Positions 27,003-40,757 of a stretch of DNA of 64,000 nucleotides are shown piece after piece. Position numbers and translations under genes: made by a program. The notes beneath the pieces were generated by a model. The model searched no databases, was not told the origin of the DNA, and was given only the letters and a program-made list of their open reading frames with translations. The DNA is from Octopus sinensis (taxonomy: Eukaryota), in the NCBI RefSeq assembly GCF_006345805.1, contig NC_042999.1:40486001-40550000 (forward strand). The letters run 5' to 3'. Each line of letters starts with the position of its first letter. Positions within the stretch are counted from its first letter, which is position 1.

Positions 27003-27148
27003 TAGTAATGCCTTGATATACGAGTTGATTCGTTTCCGGAGAACACTTGTAAAACAAAAACTCGTTGACGGAAAATAAAACTCGTAAACCTGGTGTCTCG
27101 TAAATCGGATCCTCGTATAACAAGCCCTCGTTAAGTGAGGTATTACTG
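27003..27148. mobile_element. pogo/Tigger-like MITE
   Basis: Imperfect TIRs TAGTAATGCCTTGATATACGAG / CAGTAATACCTCACTTAACGAG; TA on the left flank. Confidence 0.55.
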
Positions 27149-27402
27149 CATATTTCTTTGGAGTCTGCTTGATCATATGTGTGTGTACGTGCACGTATCT
27201 TTGTCCTTATATCCCAATGCCTGACAAATTGTGCCTGGATTGTTTATGCGACGTAACACAGCAGTTCGGCATTAGAAACCGATAAAATGAATACCCGACT
27301 ATAAATATTACTGGAGAACATTTTGATCAAATAAACACGCAAGGGTTATACCTCACCAGGGTCGCAGTTTAATGGATAAAAAAGGAAAATAATTAATCAA
27401 TA

Positions 27403-27595
27403 GGCGTAGGAGTGGCTGTGTGGTAAGTAGCTTGCTTACCAACCACATGGTTCCGGGTTCAGTCTCGCTACGTGGCACCTGGGCATGTGTCTTCTAGTAT
27501 AGCCTCGGGTCGACAAAATCCCTGTGAGCGGATTTGGTAGTCGGAAACTGAAAGAAGCATGTCGTATATATGTATGTATATATATATATATATAC

Positions 27596-27628
<33 letters not shown>

Positions 27629-27716
27629 TAAGTAAATATATGGCACAACGGGCTATTCTTTACTGGAAAGCAATACTTTCGTATTGCATTACTAATTTTA
27701 TATATATATATAATAT

Positions 27717-27775
<59 letters not shown>

Positions 27776-27811
27776 GTGTATATGTTTGTGTGTCTGTGTT
27801 TGTCCCCACCA

Positions 27812-27858
<47 letters not shown>

Positions 27859-28068
27859 TTATGTGTCTGTGTTTGTCCCCCTAGCATTGCTTGACAACCG
27901 ATGCTGGTGTGTTTACGTCCGCGTAACTTAGTGGTTCGGCAAATCAGACCGATAGAATAAGTACTAGGCTTACAAAGAAATAAGTCCTGGGGTCGATTTG
28001 CTCGACTTAAAGGCGGTGCTCCAGCATGGCCACAGTCAAATGACTGAAACAAGTAACAGAGTAAAGAG
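27403..28068 (+). mobile_element. SINE family A with expanded, internally duplicated central microsatellite
   Basis: Head 27403-27565; the gtgtctgtgtttgtcccc junction occurs twice; tail to about 28068. Confidence 0.92.
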
Positions 28069-28139
28069 TCGAGTAATAGCTGAATAGCGTATTGTGGTGG
28101 AGGCATACACTGGTTTGAAAGATGAAACATAAGACAAAC

Positions 28140-28295
28140 TAGTGCGGTAAGAAGATTCTTCAGAACTAAATGATTCGAGTTCAGTCCCGATGCATGACAC
28201 CTTGCAGAAATGTCTTTAGCTAAAGCCTCGGGCTGACGAAAGCATTGTGGGTGCATTTAGTTGACTGAAACTGAAAGGAGCTCATCATGAACATA

Positions 28296-28350
<55 letters not shown>

Positions 28351-28640
28351 TGTGTGTGTGTGTGTGTGTGTTGTCTATGCGCGTGTTGTGTATGCGTGTG
28401 TGTGTGTGTGTATGTGTGTGTATATTTATGTGTATGTGTTCTTTTCTGATTTTGTCCTCCACCGCCGCTAGACATCTGATATTCCTGTGTTTAGGTCACC
28501 GCAACGTAGCAGTTCGGCAAAAGATACTAATAGAATAACTACCAGACTTTAAGCAAAATATAGTACTGGCTCTATAAACACTCTTCAACGCGGTGCCCTA
28601 GTAAGGCCGCAGCCTAATCACTGACACGAGTATAAAAAAA
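28140..28640 (+). mobile_element. Old diverged SINE family A copy
   Basis: Remnants gagttcagtccc, gcctcgggctgac, gaaactgaaag, gcagttcggcaaaag. Confidence 0.7.
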
Positions 28641-29195
28641 AAATTGACACCTAAACACCTTAAGACCAAAAGGTTGTTCAGTGTTAGTTGTATTCTTCCT
28701 CTAATATTTTCTTTTTCATTTTCAGTGTACCGAAAGACATTTTTCCCCTTAGGATTTCATTTTGGTACCAGTTTCAGTTTGATTCGATTTACTTACATTA
28801 CTAATATCTGTCGCAAAAAGCGAAAGTCGTGACACCTTCTCGATTTCCAGTTAACTTTAATGACTAGGTGGCGTTTCGTTCATATTTTTCGCAACGAATG
28901 TATTTACAAGCTAAACTCCAATATCATAAGAGGTGGCATTTATAATTACAGCTAGAGGGAGAAGATAATTAGATCGTGTGTATATAGAACGAAAGTTAAG
29001 TTCAAATGGAACGAATATTCAGGGAATATAAATGTATGTATACGTATGTGATATATGTGCGTGTGTGTATTATGTATTGTATATAGTTATATATCTATAC
29101 ATAGAAAGAGAATGAGAGAAAGAGACACAGATAGAGAATGAGGGAAATACACTGTTATATTGATTCTGATGCACATTTACACGTATGTGTTCCTG

Positions 29196-29245
<50 letters not shown>

Positions 29246-29412
29246 GTGTGTGTGTGTGTGTGGTGTGTGTGTGTGTGTGTGTCTGCATGTATGTATGCAA
29301 GCATATATGTATATATAATAAACATCGTGTAAAAGCTGCTTTCATAAGATAAAAGTACATGGACACATATTTACAGCAATAAACATATATATGTGTGTAT
29401 GTATGTATGTAT

Positions 29413-29443
<31 letters not shown>

Positions 29444-29609
29444 TATATATATATAATGCAAAAATGGGACAAGAACGCAAAGCATCCAGACAGATACGTG
29501 ATACAAAAAAAGGACAACAAAACATCAAGACAGAAAATACAATGAAAACAAGGACGGGTCACGCGGAGTTTTTTTTCCTCAGTCGAGTTCCAGATTACCT
29601 TTGCAATTT

Positions 29610-30105
29610 CTGCTGGTTATAAACATAATTTATGTCATAAAATGCTCGGGCTGCCACCAAGACTACGTGGGTTCCACGGGACTTTCACTCAGACGTAGAT
29701 GCACACTGCATCGACAACAGATTGCATTCCCAGAATATAGAATGATACCTTTTAGTGAGCACATTGAGAAATGCGCAAAGCAAACTACCCAAAATTTTAA
29801 TCTTTCCATTTTACCAATGTGCTTTCGGATCATCAACACAAATTAGACTAAACAAGGAAACATTCTTCATTGAAAAGTACAAGCCCAGACTCAACCATCC
29901 GAACATACTGATACAGAGAAATTCACACCAAGGGTGAGGAAAACATTTTTAAGCGATTATCTCCCTTACACCGGAATAAATCACTCACTACCTCCCCTTA
30001 TTTAGAACTCTCCTGAAAATAAACACAACGATAACTCTATTCAACATAAACATAACGTCACAAGAAATTTGAAAAGCTACACGCGAAACCGGTCTTTCTT
30101 TTAAA
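29610..30105 (+). mobile_element. Penelope-like element 3' end (GIY-YIG C-terminus plus terminal-repeat remnant)
   Basis: NIIYVIKCSGCHQDYVGSTG.SLRRR..LHRQQI...SEHIEKC, frameshift, then IFPFY..KE.FFIEKYKPRLN; hammerhead relic at 30062-30100. Confidence 0.85.
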
Positions 30106-30231
30106 TTATGTCATTATAACAGAAAAAAATTTTTTAAAAGAGCTTTCTAATATTCTTCAGACATAATGACGCAAATATATATATATATTTTAACATTTAA
30201 GCCTTCTGTCGTTTTTTCACTCTTTACTACT

Positions 30232-30263
<32 letters not shown>

Positions 30264-30300
30264 CACACACACACACACACACACACACGCGCACACACAC

Positions 30301-30343
<43 letters not shown>

Positions 30344-30794
30344 ATATATATATATATATATAATATATATATATGTATGTAATCTATATATGGCAACCAA
30401 GAAACACATACTTTTCAGTATAACTGTTTTACAAGAATTGAAATCAGAAGAAAAGTATTTGCCAAAACATGAATCGATTTGAAGAATTCATTTGGATAAA
30501 GACATTCCTCTACGTTTCCAGAATCTGTTCCACAATTGTTACATTCTTCACGGAGAATATGAATGTCTCGAAATCCACCCTGATTCACCACTTTGTTAAT
30601 CAGTCGTTTCTATTGATAAACTTATGCAATCGCGTTTTCCAAGAAGGTCCAGTATTAACATTGTTATTTCGCCTTGAAAAAGCACCACTCAACAATTTTA
30701 GGAATGAGTACAGTGATGTGTACATCTTGCAGAATGGTTAACCTAACCACCTCTTCTACTAATGTATGCGAATGACAAAATGAAGCAGAAGGTC

Positions 30795-31001
30795 TTGTTA
30801 CTAAGGGCATAAGGCCTGAAATTTGTGGAGAGGTGAGTGGTTGATTACATCGACCCCAGTACTCCACTCGTACTTAATTCATCGACCCCAAAAGCATGAA
30901 TGGCAAAGTCGACCTCAGCGGAATTTGAACTCAGAACGTAAGGACGGGCGAAATGCCGCTAAGCATTCTACTTGGCGGTCTAACTATTCTGCCAGCACGC
31001 C
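30795..31001 (-). mobile_element. SINE family B
   Basis: Collinear with 13676-13901 and 20722-20930. Confidence 0.9.
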
Positions 31002-31286
31002 GTATTCACAATAATCTTGTTGCAACATCAGTGATTGTCACTTGGCCTTCTATATGTTGCGAGCTGGAGCGACTTACTACTATTTCTAGCGGGTATGTGT
31101 GGACCACCGATGATGGACACAGTTAGCCCGAAACTGTCTTCTGCTGAAAGATGGTAGGGGTTCGTTCCCCAGTTTGCAATATATGTTGGGTGCAGACTGC
31201 ATCGATATCCAGCTAAAGAGGGATCCTCCTGGGGTTAAAATCGGCAGTACTTATATCTAAATATTTATGTATAAACATACATATCT

Positions 31287-31344
<58 letters not shown>

Positions 31345-31520
31345 TGATAGATACACACATACACATTGAAATATTGAAATTCATTAGTCGTCATTAACCC
31401 TCCGACAAACAGGCACGTGAAACTCTGAGTAACAGTCCAGTGACTATTATGCAGCTTTTATAATAAAGCAATTATATATATATATATATAATTATATATA
31501 TATATTATATATTATATATA

Positions 31521-31562
<42 letters not shown>

Positions 31563-31752
31563 CAAAAGAGGGTGTGGTGTTTCCACACAGGAATAAAAAT
31601 ATAGGAAAATGTGTTGTTGAAAATGCGCTTAAATTTCAAAAACTCGTAAATGTTTAAAATACATTTATTTACATACATACCAAACTAGTTTCAACAATAT
31701 TTTTTTTGTTTATCAATGGTAAAATTATAAAATTAGAAAAACATCGTTATAA

Positions 31753-31846
31753 GTTTCAATGTTGACAAATCAAAATGTTTCGATGTTGACAAACTGAAAT
31801 GTTTCAAAGCTGTTAAATTAAAATGTTTCAATGTTGATAAATTATC
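31753..31846. repeat. 24-bp minisatellite, 4 units (GTTTCAATGTTGACAAATCAAAAT-like)
   Basis: Four units read directly. Confidence 0.85.
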
Positions 31847-31902
31847 ATGTTCAAAACAGGTGTAAGTTTGAAATTAAAAATAAGGATAACCAATACCTTC
31901 CC

Positions 31903-31945
<43 letters not shown>

Positions 31946-32133
31946 TATGTATATTACTGACCGCTAATCCACAAATTTTTTAATTCTCTCTTTGTTTATT
32001 TCCTGATGTTCCTTTCTATTAAAGACTGTAGACACGAAAAGTAAAAGACTTTATCACCTTCTCGGGCGTCAAACTGATACACCTGTGTTGTTCATACACC
32101 TGTCTTCGTCTTTTGTTTTCTTTAAAATTCAGC

Positions 32134-32193
<60 letters not shown>

Positions 32194-33091
32194 GTGTTTG
32201 TGTGAGTGTGCGTCTGTTTAATGTGCGTATGTATATATATTCGTACATATATATATTATATATATATATATATACACATATACATACATATATGTCTATG
32301 AATAGACACTTAGACATATATATGTGTGTGAGCCGTTCTTTCTCTTCTTCTGCATCTGCATAAATATTTACACGCACAAGCACGTGCACACGTACAAAAA
32401 CACACACAGACGCACGCACACGCACACACACACACACACACCTATATTATTTATGTTTCCTTCTTTTGGTTTTTCATTTTCTTTCCATTCAGTTACATGT
32501 TTGTGAGGAAAGTGAATTGGCCGAATAAATATGGTGTCAATACTTCGGCTCATATATCTTCTTGTCTTTGCATAGACGGTCCTGATTCCGAATAGTAGCG
32601 TAAAGTGACGAACCTGACGCTCGGACGATGTAGCTTACAGAGCGGAAATTAAATAGCAAGCTCGTAGTTCGGTAATTTACCACCAAATCAAGCTGTCAAA
32701 ATGCCTAACGGCTATTTGGTTTACAGGATTGTGTTCGAATTCATTGCTGTGTATGTCATCTTATTTCCTATTGGTCTTATTTATATGACTAAGGCAAAAC
32801 TCGATCATTTATGCGACTATATCTTTGAGTGAATGCAATTTTTGTAAAAGTCTGCTTGTTTAATTATAGCTATCTACAAGAATTTTGTTAGGTTTTTGTT
32901 TCGATTTTATTTATTTATTTATTTTGGCACAAAATGGAATATGTATGTGCAACAGATAGACAAAAAGATACAGACGTGCATATATATACATGTGTGTGTG
33001 TGTGTATATATATGTATGTGCGTGTATATGCGCCTGTGTGTATGTATATATTATATATATATAATATATAAACACACACATATATATGCAT

Positions 33092-33136
<45 letters not shown>

Positions 33137-33390
33137 TATATTTGAACATTTAATGTGGTTTTAGGCTATTTTCAGCGTGGTGGTATCTCCTAGATACTCT
33201 AAATTATGATTTTAAATAATTATTACCTGTTAAAGGTTTTTATCCGCATGCTGGCCACCCGATAAGGTCGGTATTTAAATATCGATCTTATCCTTATATA
33301 TATATATATAGTTATATACATGTATACGAGAGATATATGCATACATTTGTACATATGTTGATATGTATATGTATACGTATAAAATATACA

Positions 33391-33445
<55 letters not shown>

Positions 33446-33958
33446 GCATATATATACACACACATATATATATATATATGCATACAAACTTACGTACATA
33501 TATACTATATATGCAGAGGTAGACATAAATAAGAGACAGGATGAGAAAGAATGTACGTTCCTAAGAGATATCAATCAGGAGGGGAAGACATTATCTGGAG
33601 ATGTAGTATGCATAGAGAATTGTAGGTGTTTGGTGTCATATACTGGAGAATTGAAATATTATTTCAAACAACCTCAAATTTCCTTCGTCATTCTTACTGA
33701 GCCATAATACTTTTTCTACATATGTCTGCTTTCCGCTTTCCTAGTCTTTATGTATGTTCGTAGCGTTCCTCTAACGTTTTATTTTTTTGCTTAGACATGC
33801 CGGCTATATCTTATTTTTTCTTTCTACTTTTGTATTCCCATTGGACTCCTTAGAAGAAGCATTATACAGCTATCGTTTCATGATTCGTCGAAAACAATAT
33901 TGAGGATTATGACGGTTGGATGTAAACGGTGCAGAACTTCTGTCTTGGAAGTAAATTA

Positions 33959-34335
33959 GGCGCAGGAGTGGCTGTGTGGTAAGTAGCTTGCTTACCAACC
34001 ACATGGTTCCGGGTTCAGTCCAACTGCATGCCATCTTGGGAAAGTGTCTTCTACTATAGCCTCGGGCCGACCAAACCCTTGTGAGTGGATTTGGAAGACG
34101 GAAACTGAAAGAAGCCCATCGTATATATGTATATACATATATGTGTGTCTGTGTTTGTCCCTCTAGCATTGCTGGACAACCGATGCTGGTGTGTTTATGT
34201 TTAACTTAGCGTTTTCGGTTCGCAAAGAGACCGATAGAATAAGTACTAGGCTTACAAAGAATAAGTCCCGGGGTCGATTTGCTCGACTAAAGGCGGTACT
34301 TCAGCATGGCCGCAGTCAATTGACTGAAACAAGTA
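33959..34335 (+). mobile_element. SINE family A, full length
   Basis: Collinear with 12909-13318. Confidence 0.95.
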
Positions 34336-34643
34336 CGTAAGTAATGACGAATATATTATTATAATGCCGCACAAATATGATTAAAACAGCACGATATACA
34401 TATACAAATGTAAAGTTATCTGTCGGGCTTATAAGATACTTGGCCTAAACGTCACAAATTTTCATTGGCACAAATACAGCTTTGTTTTCATTGGCGGAAG
34501 CAAGCTCATTTTCCAATCTCGTAGTTTAGGTGACAGACATTTTGAATAGCATCTTGTTGAAGTGTATTCTAAAACAGTCCAAGACTGATTAAGTGAATTC
34601 CGTTATCGGAAAATCTATAGAAGCCTATCGTAAATATATACAT

Positions 34644-35029
34644 ACTCTTTTACTTGTTTCAGTCATTTGACTGCGGCCATGCTGGAGCACCGCCTCTAGT
34701 CGATCAAATCGACCCCGGGACTTATTCTTTGTAAACCCAGTACTTATTCTACCGGTCTCTTTTGCCGAACCGCTAAGTGACGGGGACGTAAACACACAAG
34801 CATCGGTTGTCAAGCAATGCTAGGGGGACAAACACAGACACACAAACACACACACACACACATATATATATACATATATACGACAGGCTTCTACCAAATC
34901 CACTCACAAGGCATTGGTCGGCCCGGGGCTATAGCAGAAGACACTTGCCCAAGATGCCACGCAGTGGGACTGAACCCGCAACCATGTGGTTGGTTAGCAA
35001 GCTACTTACCACACAGCCACTCATGCGTC
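34644..35029 (-). mobile_element. SINE family A, full length, inverted relative to the copy at 33959
   Basis: Reverse complement of family A. Confidence 0.95.
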
Positions 35030-35127
35030 TATATATATATATATAATATATATATATATACGTGTGTGCGTGTTTAATGTGCGTATGTATATATATTCGT
35101 ACATATTTATATATGTATACACATATC

Positions 35128-35174
<47 letters not shown>

Positions 35175-35178
<4 letters not shown>

Positions 35179-36235
35179 GTTTGGGGGGGGGTAACGACGC
35201 TAAAGAGCGCAGAGTGAATCCTCTTGGCACAGATTGACCTTATACACTGTTGTGCGTGCGCACTAAATTTTAACACTCTACCTCACTTCCGTTGTTTACA
35301 GCAGTGCCAGGGAGGAAGGTGTGTAGCGTGTGATCGTTGCATTTACCACGTGAGACCAATTTATCATGTCGGTACCTGCCCAGAGGCCTACACAAACATG
35401 CAGAAATTTTATGGAAAGTAGCGTATAAGCCGCACATAAATGTACGAGAGGTTCAGACGTTTCCAAGATGGCCGCAAAAATGTTGACATTGAAGAAAGTG
35501 TGTAGCGTGTGATCGTCGCATTGACCATGGCAGAGAAAGTTGACCAGAGAATCTCCATCCAATTTTGTCCAAAGCTTGGTGATACTTGCTCGGAAGCCTA
35601 CGCAAAGTTTTAAAAAGGACTTCATCGTTCTCGACATAATCAAGATCTTGTGCAACTGACATCCGAATGTCCTTTTGGCCAGCTGGAAGCAGTTTTGTCT
35701 CAAAGTTGGCAGACACACGCCTCATCCCTAAATCTTCAGTGATAATTGACTGAACTGAACCGTAACTAACATTCACATTCACTGATAACGCACAGATGGT
35801 GATTCGACGACCCCCCCCCACACACACACACAGCTGCACGCAGATCTGCGATGTTTCTCTATGTTCGGCAGGTTGCGGGTCTCCCAGAACGTTCGTCAAT
35901 AGCCACCTTTTTTCGGCGATCTTGGAAACGTCTGAACCACTTGTAACAGTTGTGCGAGACTCATACACTCCTCTCCATACACTTTCTGCAACTTTGTGTC
36001 GGCCTCTGAGCAGGTATCACCATGAAAACTTTCTCTGTCGTGGTCAGATCGAGGATCATACGCAAGGCACCTTCCTCCCAAGCAGTGCTGGAAACATCGA
36101 AAGTGAGCTAGAGCGTTAAAACTTAGAGCACCCACACAACAGAGTTTAAGGTCAATCTGTGCCAAGCGCCTTTACTTTGTGTACTTTAGCTTCGCTACTA
36201 TAGAAACAGTCCCGATACTTATTGATCGGACCGCA
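35175..36235. mobile_element. Rearranged mariner derivative made of two left ends in inverted orientation
   Basis: Right-hand TIR (rc) TA|TGCGGTCCGATCAATAAGTATCGGGACT. Transposase N-terminal HTH remnants (EKVDQRI, LQKVYGEECMS, ERSGRP, RRITI, IITEDLGMRRVSA) on both strands; junction near 35608. Confidence 0.85.
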
Positions 36236-36287
36236 TATATATACATGCATACAAACATACGTACACACACACACACACACACAAACA

Positions 36288-36333
<46 letters not shown>

Positions 36334-36572
36334 TATATATATATATATATAATATAGACAGAGACAGAAATAAATAGATGGACAGATATATAGATAAATA
36401 GGTATGTATGCGTCCATATATACATATATATATATATACATATATAATATATATTATATATATATATATATATAGTATATATATATATTATATATATATA
36501 TAGACAGAGACAGAAAAGAATAAATAGATGGACAGATATATAGATAAATAGGTATGTATGGTCCATATATAC

Positions 36573-36629
<57 letters not shown>

Positions 36630-37204
36630 TATATATTATATATATTATACATATATACTTATATATGCATACACACTTATATATATATACATACATATAT
36701 ATATATATACATTTATATAAATGCATATATGTGTACACATATAAGGGTGTGTGTACTTTTATTTTGAGCGTGTAGCTGATGACTACAGTATTGACTCAGC
36801 TACCCACCACCAACTCCACCACAATATCCAATAGTAACCACCTTCTCACAAACACATTAGGGCCAAAAATCAATAGATTTCATCTGAGGTTATTGCATGA
36901 CGATGTCCCATGTGATCATATTAACGACACAGCTATGTAGGTGAAATTATATTTATTGATTATAATAATATAATGCGGAAGGCATCCGTAACAAATTTGA
37001 TCACACTAATGGCCGGATTCAGTGGGGTTTTGTCTCTCGTAATAGTATCATAAGGTACGCAATATGTTTATTCTTCAGTAAATTATTATATAGTCCCAGC
37101 AGTGAATTATTTAATCTGTATATTTAGATATTAAAGTGAGGTTCAGCATTAAATGTATGCCATGTATGCCGAATTAGGTAGATTGAAACTTTGAGTAAGA
37201 CTGT

Positions 37205-37205
37205 C

Positions 37206-37236
<31 letters not shown>

Positions 37237-38090
37237 TGTATGTATGTATGTATGTATGTATGTATGTATGTATGTATGTATGTATGCGTGTACGTATGTG
37301 AATGAATGAATGTATGTATGTATGAATGAATGAATTAATGAATGAATGAATGAATGAATGAATGAATGTATGTGCGTATGCATCTATGTTTGTAGGGATG
37401 TGTAGGGATGTATTATGCATGTATGTAGGTAGGTAGATAGGCAGGCATGCAGGTAAGTAGACAGGCACGTAGGTAGGTGGATATGTAGGTAAGTAGGTAG
37501 GTAGGTAGTTAGGTAGGTTGGTAGGTAGGTAGGTAGGTAGGTAAGGTAGGTAGGTAGGTAGGCAGGTAGGTAGGTAGGTAGGAAGGTAAGGTAGGTAGGT
37601 AGGGAGGTAGGTAGGTAGGTAGGTAAGTAGGTAGGTAAGTAGGTAGGTAGGTAGGTAGGTAGGTAATGTAGGTAGGTAGGTAAGGTATGTAGGTAGGTAG
37701 GTAGGTAGGTAAGTAGGTAGGTAGGTAGGGTAGGTAGGTAGGTAGGTAGGTAAGGTAGGTAGGTAGGTAGGTAAGGTAGGTAGGTAGGTAAGGTAGGTAG
37801 GGTAGGTAGGTAGGTAGGTAGGTAGGTAGGTAGGTAGGTAAGGTAGGTAGGTAGGTAAGGTAGGTAGGTAGGTAGGTAGGTAAGGTAGGTGGGTAGGTAG
37901 GTAAGGTAGGTAGGTAAGGTAGGTAAGGTAGGTAGGTAGGTAGGTAGGTAGGTAGGTAGGCAGGTAGGCAGGTTGGTAGGTAGGTAGGTAGGTAGGCAGG
38001 TAGGCTGGTTGGTAAGTAGGTAGGTAGGTAGGTAGGTAGGTAGGTAGGTAGGTAGGTAGGTGAGGTAGGTGGGTAGGTAGGTAGGTAGAA
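37205..38090. repeat. Compound (TATG)n/(TGAA)n/(TAGG)n array
   Basis: Direct reading. Confidence 0.97.
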
Positions 38091-38364
38091 CAGTCACAAA
38101 CACATCTATGGGTTAACTTGATTTCCCAGGGGTACTGGAAGTACCCGTTAGTTCTTATAAAGTCGCGTAGTAGTTATTTCTTCGAGGAAAAAGATACCCT
38201 AATATAAAACTGCAGTCATTTTGCAACGCTTGTCAACGGAGCCTAGCAATGGTGACCCAGAGAATAAATTAAGTGTTGTACAAGCTTTTGTCTCAAAAAT
38301 CCGATGTCATACACATGTTACACTCATTTCTGAAAGCTGTCATCTGACAAGGTGAGGACATTCC

Positions 38365-38515
38365 TTGTATGTTTGCATGCATGCATGTATGTATATATGT
38401 ATGTAAGTATGTATGTATGTATGTATGTAAGTATGTATGTATGTATGTATGTATGTATGTATGTATGTATGTATGTATGTATGTATGCATGCATGCATGT
38501 ATGTATATATGTATG

Positions 38516-38563
<48 letters not shown>

Positions 38564-38630
38564 TGTATGTATGTATGCATGGATATATGCATGCATGCAT
38601 ACATGTATGTATATATGTATGTATGTATGT
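38365..38630. repeat. (TATG)n array
   Basis: Direct reading. Confidence 0.97.
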
Positions 38631-38878
38631 TTGTTTTTTTCCTATCTAGAAGGTTTTTTTAAACCGGTACCAGTATTTACACACTATTACTTATAGCTTT
38701 ATCTGCTTCAAGATTCACCATTCCCAAAATGAATATACATATGTGCGTGGAAGTGTGATATATGTAGATATATGTAGCCGTAATATATGCACTTACAAAT
38801 GCAATCCCTTCACACCCCCACTGAAATATATCTTTGTGTGTGTGTGCGTTTGTGTGCGTTTGTGTGCGTGTGTGTGTT

Positions 38879-38924
<46 letters not shown>

Positions 38925-39873
38925 TGTGTGTGTGATGTAGTTGTCAGAAATGGCTAGGTACGACAGTGCTAACACTTAAACACAACAACGCTGAAGACTT
39001 CAAAAGTGGGCAGAATACTGTAGATACGAAAGTACAAAAACGTAATTAATTGCCATTGATCCGACTCACCACGAGATCATTGTGTAACGTTGATGTCAAA
39101 AAGCAAACACAACGCCATTTGTGGCATCGGTATATTTTGCTTGCTTCCGGATTCTGGAAATTTTTCGTTTATTGAAAAGTCATGCCAAGTGTTTTGGGTG
39201 TGTGTACGCTCATTCGTAACGTTTATTTTCTTGAGATCTCGAAATCTGCTTTCACTACTTCATGCAATGTCTTCGGTCATTTTCTTCCACGGGATATTTT
39301 CACTTTTACCGTTTCGCACATCTATATACTCTCAGGTTCCACGCATATCAGATATTATGGTATACGTCCTCTACTCTATAGCAAGAAGTAATAGATTTCT
39401 CTTCTCCTGAACCTTTTTGCTACCACAAATATCACATCAGAGAACAGGAAATGTTGTCTTTCTCCAGAGCCCTTCAATTATAAAACATATTTCTGTTAGA
39501 ATTTCACCGTATTTTACTTATTCCATAATAATTCATGATTAATATATATAAAGTATAAAGACAGATTTTCTAAAGAAACAGCATACAGATGATCAATAAA
39601 CAGTCTTAAAAGCTTTTCCTGTAAGAAAAGATTTTTCAAAGCATTCGTCACGAATTATAAATCGAAATTATTAGAGATAATATGCTAATATAATTACATG
39701 CAGGAATTAGCAACCAAATAATTCACCAGAAAGCTATTTCTACATATTCGGCACCCGGGCAGCATTGGTTGACTAGTTTAGGTTCATATATTACTTACAC
39801 ACACAACCAAACACATACGCTCGATTACATGTATAAGTTGATAGGTATACATATAAACATATATATATATATA

Positions 39874-39915
<42 letters not shown>

Positions 39916-39949
39916 CACACACACACAGACACACACATATTCTATTACT

Positions 39950-40385
39950 ATTTACTATTTACTATTTTACTTGTTTCAGTCATTTGACTGTGGCCATGCT
40001 GGAGCACCGCCTTTAGTCGAACAAATCGACCCCAGGACTTATTCTTTGTAAGCCTAGTACTTATTCTATCGGTCGCTTTTGCCGAACCACTAAGTTACGG
40101 TGACGTAAACACACCAGCATCGGTTGTCAAGCGATGTTCGGGAGGACAAACACAGACACACAAACATATACACACACACACATACACATATATACATATA
40201 TACGTCGGGCTTCTTTCAGTTTCCGTCTACCAAATCCACTCACAAGGCCTTGGTCGACCCGAGGCTATAGTAGAAGTCACTTGCCCAAGGAGGATCCATG
40301 TGGTTCGTAAACAAGATCCATGTGGTTCGTGAACCTGGATCCATGTGGTTCGTAAACAGCTACTTACCACACAGCCACTCCGACG

Positions 40386-40387
<2 letters not shown>
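39950..40387 (-). mobile_element. SINE family A with rearranged head
   Basis: Reverse complement of family A; gatccatgtggttcgt is triplicated at about 40292-40355. Confidence 0.92.
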
Positions 40388-40427
<40 letters not shown>

Positions 40428-40699
40428 ATATATATATAGATATATAGATATAGATATATAGATATGCATAGTCTCATACATACATCTTCATATGTATGTA
40501 TGCAGGCATGTATATATGTATGCATGTATATATGTATGTATATACATATGTATGTATCATGTATGTATATTGTATGTATGTATGTATGAGCAGTATTAAA
40601 ACCTACAGCAACTTGTATAACTTAATAGTATATCTACGCTAAATACGAAAAATACAGAACATATGGGTATATCTATTATTATATATATATATGTATATA

Positions 40700-40757
<58 letters not shown>

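Noticed and set aside
28690-28832. Strong plus-strand acceptor at 28726
   Set aside because: No matching donor and no recognisable peptide.
31100-31140. CCGATGA..GAAACTGTC hammerhead-like motif
   Set aside because: Stem II is imperfect and there is no stem I complementarity.
38337-38351. 15-nt plus-strand microexon candidate
   Set aside because: AAG acceptor with a poor pyrimidine tract, in repeat-flanked context.
39070-39153. 84-nt minus-strand exon candidate with GTG|GTGAGT donor
   Set aside because: Weak polypyrimidine tract and unrecognised peptide; the surrounding DNA looks like decayed coding sequence of unknown origin.
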